Shown here piece after piece: positions 54,421-62,143 of a DNA stretch of 64,000 nucleotides. Under the pieces are notes generated by a model, which saw nothing but the letters and a program-made list of their open reading frames with translations, was not told the origin of the DNA and did not search any database. How positions within the stretch are numbered: the first letter of the stretch is position 1; every line of letters starts with the position of its first letter. Source of the DNA: an uncultured Rhodospirillaceae bacterium. GTDB taxonomy: Bacteria; Pseudomonadota; Alphaproteobacteria; UBA11136. The stretch lies in the NCBI GenBank assembly GCA_964482135.1, contig CAYZWF010000005.1, positions 4,025 through 68,024 on the forward strand, in the 5' to 3' direction. A program made the translations under genes and the position numbers.

Positions 54421-56562
54421 ATGCCTGATGGTACTACCGCAACAACCGCGTTTGGGGCCTGTCCCCATGACTGTCCCGACACCTGCGCCATGCTGTTCGA
54501 TATCGAGGATGGAAAAGTCACCGGCGTAAGTGGCAGCAGAGAACACCCCATGACCAACGGCAGTCTCTGCGTCAAGCTGAAGGATTATGAAAAACGCATG
54601 TATCATCCCGATCGCCTGTTGCATCCCATGCGCCGTACCGGGCCCAAGGGCAGCAAGCAGTTCGAACGCATTACCTGGGATGAGGCGCTGGATGAAATCG
54701 CCGGCAAATGGAAGGCCATCATAGAAGAGCATGGGCCCCAGGCCATCGTGCCCTATAGCTATCTGGGCCATCAGGGACTGGTTCACGGCCTCAATGGCGG
54801 CGACGCCTTCTTTAACAGACTGGGCGCCACGGTATGTGAACGCACCTTTTGCGGCGAAGGCTCCTGTACTGCCTGGTTGACCACGGTTGGCCCCACCGCG
54901 GGTCTCGACGTGGAGAGTTATATCCACTCGAAATATATCGTCATCTGGGCCTGTAACAGCGTCAGCACCAACCTGCATCACTGGGCCATTATCCAGGATG
55001 CCAGAAAAAAAGGCGCCAAGGTGGTGGTTATCGATGCCTATAAATCACGCACCGCCAAAGAAGCCGATTGGCATATTTGTCCAAAACCCGGAACCGACGG
55101 CGCTCTGGCCATGGCCCTCATCAACAGCATTATCGAACAGGGTCTGGTGGATAAGGAATACGTGGATAATTACACCGTCGGTTATGAGGAACTGGCGGAG
55201 CGCGCCAAGGATCGCACCCCGGAATGGGCATCAGAGATTACCGGCGTCGCCGCCGAGGACATCCGCCAGCTGGCCAAGGATCTGGCCACCGAGCAACCCG
55301 CCGCCATCCGCATGGGCGTGGCGCTGGAACGCCATTTCGGTGGCGGTCAAACCATCCGTGTGGTGACCTGTATCCCGGGACTGACCGGCGCATGGCGGCA
55401 TATCGGCGGGGGAGTTACACAATTTCCGGTTTGGGAACATCCCTACAAATTCGATGTGATATCTCGACCGGATCTTATTCCCGAAGGCACGCGGGTCATT
55501 AACGCCCTGCAGATAGGCCGCGCGCTGACCGGTGAAATGGATCTCGATATTCCCATCAAATCGATGATGTTCTGGAATGCAAATCCGGTCACCCAGGCGC
55601 CGGAAACGGACAAGATCGTCGAAGGCTTGATGAATGAAGATATGTTCACGGTCTGCGCCGAGCATTTCATCAGCGATACCGCGTCTTACGCGGATATCCT
55701 TTTGCCCGCCTCCATGGGCGCCGAGATGGAAGATATGGTCCTGTCGTGGGGTCACTTGTATCTCACCTATAACGCCAAGAGCGTTGAGTCCCCCGGAGAA
55801 GCCATACCCAACAATGAAATCTTCCAGCGTCTGGCCGCGCGCATGGGCTTTGAAGACGAACAGTTCAAATGGTCGGATTCCCAATGTCTGGAAAACTATG
55901 TTGATTGGGAGTCGCCCGCATGTGACGGCATCGATCTCGATTATATGCGTGAGAACGGTTTTGCCCGTTTGACCGTGGGAACCCCGGACGACCGTTGTCC
56001 CCATAAGGAAGGCAACTTCCCGACCCCATCCGGCAAATGTGAATTCAAGCTGGATGGCGCGGTTAACTTCGTCGCCGGACCCTTCCGTCAAATGTATGAG
56101 GGGTTTCAACCGGGTGAACCGCTGGATGACCTGCCCGATTATGTTCCCTCGAGGGAAACGCCGGAAACCAACCCGGAACTGGCGAAGAAATACCCCTTGA
56201 ATATTGTCTCACCCAAGAGCCACGGTTTCTTGAATTCCTGTTACGCCAATATGGATCACAAGATTAAAGGCCAGGGCGAACAATTCGTTTTGATTAACGC
56301 GGCGGACGCAGACCCCAGAGGCATAAAAGAGGGCGATAAAGTTCGCGTCTTTAATGACCGCGGCGGTTTTGTAGGTGATGCCAAGGTCACCGACGACGTC
56401 AATGCGGGGGTTATCGTCGCCACCCTGGGCTATTGGCGGCAATTAAACGAGGGGACGGTTAATTCCATCAGTTCCGCCGAGTTCGTCAATATGGGACATG
56501 CACCGTCCTTTTCCGACAATCTGGTGGAGGTGGGACTCACCAACCGCGGACCGGGAGACTGA
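54421..56562 (+). CDS. Molybdopterin (Mo-bisPGD) oxidoreductase, uncharacterised subfamily, cytoplasmic
   Basis: CPHDCPDTC...LCVK Fe-S motif, HPDRLLHPMRR, RITWDEALDEI, C-terminal molydop_binding domain; no Tat signal. Confidence 0.9.
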   Translation: MPDGTTATTAFGACPHDCPDTCAMLFDIEDGKVTGVSGSREHPMTNGSLCVKLKDYEKRMYHPDRLLHPMRRTGPKGSKQFERITWDEALDEIAGKWKAIIEEHGPQAIVPYSYLGHQGLVHGLNGGDAFFNRLGATVCERTFCGEGSCTAWLTTVGPTAGLDVESYIHSKYIVIWACNSVSTNLHHWAIIQDARKKGAKVVVIDAYKSRTAKEADWHICPKPGTDGALAMALINSIIEQGLVDKEYVDNYTVGYEELAERAKDRTPEWASEITGVAAEDIRQLAKDLATEQPAAIRMGVALERHFGGGQTIRVVTCIPGLTGAWRHIGGGVTQFPVWEHPYKFDVISRPDLIPEGTRVINALQIGRALTGEMDLDIPIKSMMFWNANPVTQAPETDKIVEGLMNEDMFTVCAEHFISDTASYADILLPASMGAEMEDMVLSWGHLYLTYNAKSVESPGEAIPNNEIFQRLAARMGFEDEQFKWSDSQCLENYVDWESPACDGIDLDYMRENGFARLTVGTPDDRCPHKEGNFPTPSGKCEFKLDGAVNFVAGPFRQMYEGFQPGEPLDDLPDYVPSRETPETNPELAKKYPLNIVSPKSHGFLNSCYANMDHKIKGQGEQFVLINAADADPRGIKEGDKVRVFNDRGGFVGDAKVTDDVNAGVIVATLGYWRQLNEGTVNSISSAEFVNMGHAPSFSDNLVEVGLTNRGPGD

Positions 56563-56640
56563 CCCGGGGACGAGGCGGCGGCGTAAGGGTCAGGGTACGT
56601 CAGAGACTGCGGCCCTAAAAAGATAGAAAACAAACCCATG

Positions 56641-56674
56641 AAAAACCCCGCTGGTTCAACCGGCGGGGTTTTTT
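56641..56674 (+). terminator. Intrinsic terminator after the Mo enzyme gene
   Basis: AAAAACCCCGCTGG-TTCAA-CCGGCGGGGTTTTTT. Confidence 0.8.
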
Positions 56675-56918
56675 GGTGGCTCTCAACTGCCGTCATCCGT
56701 CTTCGTGGAGGGAACCGGCTCTGCTGTTCCATTTCACCCTTCCCAGTGAGAGGGATCATGATTTCCCCGCATGATTTCCTTACGGCCCCCATGAAGTTAA
56801 CCTTCATCTCATATTCATGTTCTGGATTGTAATGACAGGCAACGCTTCATCTCTGAATCCACCGGGCCATCTTTCAGGAACCTTCTGTATGGCCAAAACG
56901 AGGAGAGAATAAGGAATC

Positions 56919-57452
56919 ATGAATTACAAAAAAATCTTTGTCGGCACGGTGTGCGCCCTGTCCGCCCTGTCCGCCATAAACGCATATGCGGAGGGGAATC
57001 CCGAATATGTCAAATTCCCCACGGGTTACGAGACATCCTTTGCCAACTACACGACCATGAACCGTGACGGTAAAGAGCAAGTGGCAAAGATGTATGCCAA
57101 CGACGCCGCCATATCCAGCTACAAAAAGGGGCAGACGGCGGCTCCGGGTTCCGTTGTCGTCATGGAAGTCTATAAGCCCAAAAAAGACGCCGATGGTAAA
57201 TCCATTGTGGGCAGTGACGGCATCTACGAAATTGGCAAGCTCGCCGCGGTCGCCGTCATGGAACGGAGGGACGCATGGGAGGCCGCGTATTCACCGGATC
57301 ACAGGCTGGGCAATTGGGGATTCGCCATATACAAACCCGATGGCACCCCAAAACCCAATAAGCTGGCTTGCGTCGAATGTCATTCACCGCTGGAAGATGA
57401 GGATTTTATCTTCTCCTATCAACAGCTTATGGATTACGTGAAGTCCAATTAA
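56919..57452 (+). CDS. Cytochrome P460-superfamily protein (c'-beta-like)
   Basis: Signal peptide, FP.GY, GSVVVMEV, GNWGFA, single C-terminal CVECH, DFIFS. Confidence 0.8.
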   Translation: MNYKKIFVGTVCALSALSAINAYAEGNPEYVKFPTGYETSFANYTTMNRDGKEQVAKMYANDAAISSYKKGQTAAPGSVVVMEVYKPKKDADGKSIVGSDGIYEIGKLAAVAVMERRDAWEAAYSPDHRLGNWGFAIYKPDGTPKPNKLACVECHSPLEDEDFIFSYQQLMDYVKSN

Positions 57453-57583
57453 CGCAACCAGGAGCCGGGCAGACATGCTCGGTAGAACGGCGGATTAAAA
57501 TTTAAGATGCGGCGTAAGAGGCGGGGGGTTAGCCGTCTTCGTGGAGACGGTCGAATTCGTCACGCCCGAAACCGATGAAGCCG

Positions 57584-58177
57584 TCAATTCTTGCGCAGGA
57601 CCACCGCTCCTTGTGCGAGGCTGGCATCGAGGTCGGTTTCGGGAGCTTCCTTGTGGACCAGGTTCTGGTGACAGTCGATGCAGGTCGCCCCTTCCGTTTC
57701 CATCTTCTTATGGGCCTTTTTCGCCGATTTGCCAGCCCCGCGCGGGTTCTTGTGGCAGCCGCGGCAGGTGATGCTGTCCCAGTCCTTCATCAGCATCCGC
57801 GCCTTGTGGGCCATTCTCAGGCGGTGCTTGTTGAATGCCTTCTTGGTCGAATAGTCGTCGACCAGTTCGTGGTAGATGGCGCGGGTCCCGTCGATTACGT
57901 GGGTAGCGAGCGCAAGGTGGAAGTTGGCGAGACCCTTGGGTATATGACAATCACTGCATTCCGGCTGGGCCCCCATGGCGCCGCGGTAGTGGGTGGATTT
58001 CTTGAATTCCTCGGCCGGGTAGGTCATGGAATGGCAGCCGACGCAAAAGCCGGTGCTTGAAACCGCCGCCTCGCCGCCCAGGACGATAGCCAGCAAGGCC
58101 AGCATGCCACCGGCGCCCCAAAGCAGCGCGCCCAGATTGCCGGTAATGTATCGCCAGATTTTCGTCATCCTTGGCAT
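57584..58177 (-). CDS. cycB: Tetraheme membrane cytochrome cM552 (NapC/NirT family)
   Basis: N-terminal TM; CVGCH, CSDCH, CRGCH, CIDCH; last gene of the hao cluster. Confidence 0.9.
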   Translation of the reverse strand: MPRMTKIWRYITGNLGALLWGAGGMLALLAIVLGGEAAVSSTGFCVGCHSMTYPAEEFKKSTHYRGAMGAQPECSDCHIPKGLANFHLALATHVIDGTRAIYHELVDDYSTKKAFNKHRLRMAHKARMLMKDWDSITCRGCHKNPRGAGKSAKKAHKKMETEGATCIDCHQNLVHKEAPETDLDASLAQGAVVLRKN

Positions 58178-58189
58178 CGGCCTGTAACG

Positions 58190-58894
58190 CTATTCCTTGG
58201 GAATGGGTTTCGCTTTTTCCTGGAATTCATCGTGAAACGGCGGCGTCGGCGGCCCGGTGAAGGTCCCTTCCAGCTTGAAATGCCCGTGCATCGCCTTTTC
58301 ATTTCGCACCGCCTTTTCGAAATCGAAGGTGTATTTAGGGTCAACCTTGGGCGTGAAGGGGGTGTATGGCTTCTTGGCGCCGGACCACCCCGACCCCTCG
58401 TAGTTGAGGTGACAGCCCTTACAGCGCTCGATGAACTCGAATTCCTCCCCCGCCTCCACCAGCACCTGGCGGGGAGTGGTCGTGCCCTCGTTCTCGAAAG
58501 CGATGCCGGCCTTGCGGTGGACGAGCCGGTAATCGAGGCCGGGGCCGTGGCAGGATTCGCACCCTACCCCCACCAAATATTCGCTGGGGTCTTCCATGTC
58601 GTAACCGCCCTCATGGCTGAAACCGGTGGTGTGGCAGGCCACGCATTTTTCGTCCTCTGTGTATTCTTTGTCCGGGTCCAGCCCCGCCTTTTTCTTGGCC
58701 TCGGCCTTTTCACCGGCGGCCAGCGACTTCAGCGCCTTGGCATGCGCCGTCTGTTGCCAGGATTCGAACTCGCTTTTGTGGCAGCCGCCGCATTTCTTGC
58801 GGCCCTCGAACTCAAACTCTTCGGCAGTGGCGGCAAATGTCCCGAAAGCAAGAATGCAGACGGCAAATGCGCTCAGGAAGACAGCCCGGGACAT
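58190..58894 (-). CDS. cycA: Tetraheme cytochrome c554
   Basis: FEGRKKCGGCH, CVACH, GVGCESCHGPG, CKGCHLNYEGS.W.GAK.PYTPFTP.VD.KYTF, closely matching Nitrosomonas c554. Confidence 0.93.
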   Translation of the reverse strand: MSRAVFLSAFAVCILAFGTFAATAEEFEFEGRKKCGGCHKSEFESWQQTAHAKALKSLAAGEKAEAKKKAGLDPDKEYTEDEKCVACHTTGFSHEGGYDMEDPSEYLVGVGCESCHGPGLDYRLVHRKAGIAFENEGTTTPRQVLVEAGEEFEFIERCKGCHLNYEGSGWSGAKKPYTPFTPKVDPKYTFDFEKAVRNEKAMHGHFKLEGTFTGPPTPPFHDEFQEKAKPIPKE

Positions 58895-58989
58895 CTTTCG
58901 TACCTATGAATTGGAAAACCTATCCACGACTTCTGGCCCTATCGTAGGCGCATCCGATGACCCTTCGTTAGTGCCAGGAACTAATATTT

Positions 58990-60045
58990 TTATAGGGCCG
59001 GAGGCGTTGTTTCGGTCTCGGCCTCTTGCTCCGCCGGCGGCACCCTGTAGACCCAGAAGTCGCCGTGCTGGTAGACCAGTTCGATCTCCGTAAGCTCCAT
59101 GGGCCGCGAGTTGGTAAACGGCAATGCCTGGGCAAGCAGAGTCCGGGAAGAGGCCTCGTCGGTCAGGAAATAGACCCGGACCACCGTCTTGCCCAGCCGT
59201 TGCGTGGTGTAGTTCTCGTAGCCCTCTTCTTTCAGCCATTTCTTGATGGAGGAGGCCATTCCGTGGGCGTCCTCGCCCTTGGCGAAGTCCTTGAATCCAA
59301 TACCGAAGCGTTCCGGATACAAGGCCCCGACCTTGTAAGTGTCCTGTACCGAGAGGACCAGGAAGGACTCGCGGCCACCGACCAGGGCGCGTAATTTTTC
59401 GGCCGCCGCCGCCTGGCGGTCGGTAAGCAGGGCCTCGGTGAATTGTTCGAACAGGACTTCGCCGGATTCTCCCTTGTTGAGATTCCAGAAGCTGCGCTCC
59501 ACGGCCTTGATGGGCTTTTGATACCTGTTCCACGATTCGGGCAACAGAACGGGTTGCGCCAGGTGGCGGTCGAAAAGAACGTCGATCCCCGCCAAAAGCT
59601 TCAAGCGGCGGGATATGTCCCACCAGCCGATCACCGGCGCCCCCTCGGGCGCGTGTTCGCGGATGGCCTCGGCAAGGACCGCCGTCTCGGAAACATCGCT
59701 GGCGGCGTTGATCACCGGCTCGGCGAGATAGTTTCGCCAATCGAGGAGGACAGGCTCGCCTTTATTCCGGGCGGCGGTGTGAAAGACGGCGATGGGTTTG
59801 TCTATTTGATCCACCCGCAGTTCGTATTTGCGGATAACCAGGTTCGGACTGTCCACGCCGCCTTCTCCCGCCAGCCCCAGATCAGGGAAAGCCTCGACGC
59901 CTCCTTCTTCGACCATGGTGTAGACGTAAGGCGCTTTCTGGGGCGTCGGCTGGAAAATCGACCACGCCACCCATCCGCCCAAGAAGAACCCTCCTGACAC
60001 CAGGAGAATTCCGGCTGTCAGGAGGGTTTTCCGATTGCCCGTCAT
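58990..60045 (-). CDS. haoB: Hydroxylamine oxidation protein HaoB
   Basis: N-terminal TM, PVLLDWRN..AEP, GWWDISRRL.LLAG, YGDF-like tail; lies between haoA and cycA. Confidence 0.82.
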   Translation of the reverse strand: MTGNRKTLLTAGILLVSGGFFLGGWVAWSIFQPTPQKAPYVYTMVEEGGVEAFPDLGLAGEGGVDSPNLVIRKYELRVDQIDKPIAVFHTAARNKGEPVLLDWRNYLAEPVINAASDVSETAVLAEAIREHAPEGAPVIGWWDISRRLKLLAGIDVLFDRHLAQPVLLPESWNRYQKPIKAVERSFWNLNKGESGEVLFEQFTEALLTDRQAAAAEKLRALVGGRESFLVLSVQDTYKVGALYPERFGIGFKDFAKGEDAHGMASSIKKWLKEEGYENYTTQRLGKTVVRVYFLTDEASSRTLLAQALPFTNSRPMELTEIELVYQHGDFWVYRVPPAEQEAETETTPPAL

Positions 60046-60101
60046 GGGTCAATCACAGAGGGAGATATGGATTGCCGGGCACCAAGAAGGACGCGGCGTG
60101 C

Positions 60102-61829
60102 TCATCTGATATCCTCTCCCATGTCTTCTTTTTTGCGTCCGCGGCGCCACCCCCATAGAGCGAGAGAGCCGACCAGCAGCATGCCGCCGCCGCCGACGCC
60201 AAGGGACGCCTTCTTAAAGAAGGTGTCGAGTTTGGGCAGATCGCTGCGCTTGCCTCCTTCGAGTTTAGCGATCCTGTCTTTCAACGACGCCATCTCGCGA
60301 ATCCGGGTGTTTTCGTCCTGGATTTCGGCATAGGCCCCCATTAACGGCGCCCAACCATTCGAGTAGGTGTAGTTGCCCGGATTGAAGTGGGCGAGACCCT
60401 TGTAGAGCTTGATCAGGTCGTGTTCCCACATCTCCGTGTAGACGCGGTCCATATGCGTCGGGTTGTTGTCCTTGGCCCAGAACAGACCGTAGAAGCCGCC
60501 GGGGGCGTCTTTTTCAGGCGCTGGAGGCGGTGGGCGGTTGGTTTTCTGGCCAACCATCAGACCGTCGGCATAGAGCTGTTTGACCACCTTTCCGGCCTCT
60601 TGTTCCACCTTGAGCCCTTGTATGGAGCCATTGTCGATTTGGCTGAGCCTGGCCCTGGTAAAGCTTTCGGAGTGACAGTTGGTACAGGTCTTGACCCAGG
60701 CTTCCTGGCGCGACGTGAACCATTTGTGATCCAGGTTGTCGGCGATCGCCGGCTGTGGGTTAAAGCCCCAGCGCACCTTGCGCACCAGGTTGTGTCCGAA
60801 CTTGCCCTTGTTCTCCATGTGACAGAAGGCGCAGGTCGGTGAGGTCTGGCCGCCCTTGTCGATGGCGTCCTTGAGGGGCACTTCCCAGTTCCACTCGTCG
60901 CCGAGCAACTGATAAATGGTGCCGTGTTTGGACATCATGTAGTTCTCGAACTCGTTATGATCGACGCCGTTGTGGCAAATGCCGCAGGCCTGGGGCTTGC
61001 GCGATTCGGCGGCTGAGAACTGGTGCCGGGTGTGGCAGGTGTCGCACTTGTTCTGGTTGATGTGACACTCGGTGCAGCCTTCGGCGACATCCCGTTGTTC
61101 CATGGCGGCCCAGATCGCCGTTTCCACGTTGGCCTTGTAGTCGAGGGCGTGGGACGGACGGCCCTTCGGCCACTGGTCCTGGGGCCAGTTCAGGGTGTCG
61201 CGTTCGGATTCGCGCTCGGCGAACTCCTGGAGATGGCAGGTACCGCAGACGTCGGCGGTGGGCATGCGCAAATCCTTGCGGTGATCGCCTTTCTCGGCCA
61301 AGACTTCGACGTGGCAATCCATGCACATGACTTCATTCAGCTGTTCCTTGGCGCCGAGCTTGCCAAGGGAGCGCAGGTTGTCTTCGACTTCTTTTAATTT
61401 TTTCTTCTTGTAGGCTCTGGGGTCGCCGTCGGACAGGTTGCGGATAGCGTTGATGTCGGCGTGCACGCTCTTCTTCCATGCGACGACGGCGCCGGGTGTT
61501 TCCTTTTCGTGGCAGCTTATGCATTCGGAACGTGTCGAGACGTCCTTCACCGATGTGGGTGGCTTGTAGAAGCTCAGCGGATCGAGATAGGAACTCATGG
61601 GGATCGGCTCCCAGTACTTTGCGAGAGTCCCCTTTCCGGCTCCCTGTTCGGGATCACGGTAACGTTTCTTCAGCGCATTATAGAGATCCTTCGGCGGCGC
61701 CGATTTCGACACCCCAAGGGCGTCGTAAAGCTCGTTGGGAATATCGGCCACGGCCTCTCCGGCCAAGCCGGCCATCCACGAAATCGCCACGGCCACAGCC
61801 GTCGTCCTCGTCCAAAACAGGATCCGCAT
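60102..61829 (-). CDS. haoA: Octaheme hydroxylamine oxidoreductase (575 aa)
   Basis: GGAGG RBS before ATG 61829; signal peptide; 8 CxxCH; GAGKG...YWEPI, WP.GRPSHALDY.AN, CHNGVDHN, HFNPGNYTYSNGW; C-terminal TM anchor. Confidence 0.95.
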   Translation of the reverse strand: MRILFWTRTTAVAVAISWMAGLAGEAVADIPNELYDALGVSKSAPPKDLYNALKKRYRDPEQGAGKGTLAKYWEPIPMSSYLDPLSFYKPPTSVKDVSTRSECISCHEKETPGAVVAWKKSVHADINAIRNLSDGDPRAYKKKKLKEVEDNLRSLGKLGAKEQLNEVMCMDCHVEVLAEKGDHRKDLRMPTADVCGTCHLQEFAERESERDTLNWPQDQWPKGRPSHALDYKANVETAIWAAMEQRDVAEGCTECHINQNKCDTCHTRHQFSAAESRKPQACGICHNGVDHNEFENYMMSKHGTIYQLLGDEWNWEVPLKDAIDKGGQTSPTCAFCHMENKGKFGHNLVRKVRWGFNPQPAIADNLDHKWFTSRQEAWVKTCTNCHSESFTRARLSQIDNGSIQGLKVEQEAGKVVKQLYADGLMVGQKTNRPPPPAPEKDAPGGFYGLFWAKDNNPTHMDRVYTEMWEHDLIKLYKGLAHFNPGNYTYSNGWAPLMGAYAEIQDENTRIREMASLKDRIAKLEGGKRSDLPKLDTFFKKASLGVGGGGMLLVGSLALWGWRRGRKKEDMGEDIR

Positions 61830-62019
61830 AAGTACCTCCCCACTCCCGCCGCAAAAACCGCGGACGGGAAAAAATTTAAGCGAGCATGAATGAGTTTCAG
61901 AAAAACCGCGAACGGGCGTAAGGACCAGCTTCTGAAAAAGGCATGGGCCACTGGCTCCATGGGTTTCATGGCGCCGATGAATCCATAACCAAGGCCTTGA
62001 GAAGAATGATGTTTGGTAA

Positions 62020-62090
62020 ACTGGCCCAAAGTATATTTCAACCACTGGCACTATCCTGGCGGCCAATAACGGATATAATGTTGGGCCAGT
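62020..62090. promoter_or_regulatory. Candidate MocR operator in the hao/MocR divergent intergenic region
   Basis: ACTGGCCCAA (62020-62029) and TTGGGCCAGT (62081-62090) form a perfect 10-bp IR; extra ACTGGC at 62044 and 61950. Confidence 0.6.
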
Positions 62091-62143
62091 CGCTGAATTA
62101 TTTGCTGACTGGGAGCTACAGGAGACCCGGTTGAAGGGGGGGG

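Noticed and set aside
57584-61829. Proof that the organism is an autotrophic ammonia oxidiser
   Set aside because: No amo, carbon-fixation or ammonium-transport genes in this window; hao alone does not establish nitrification
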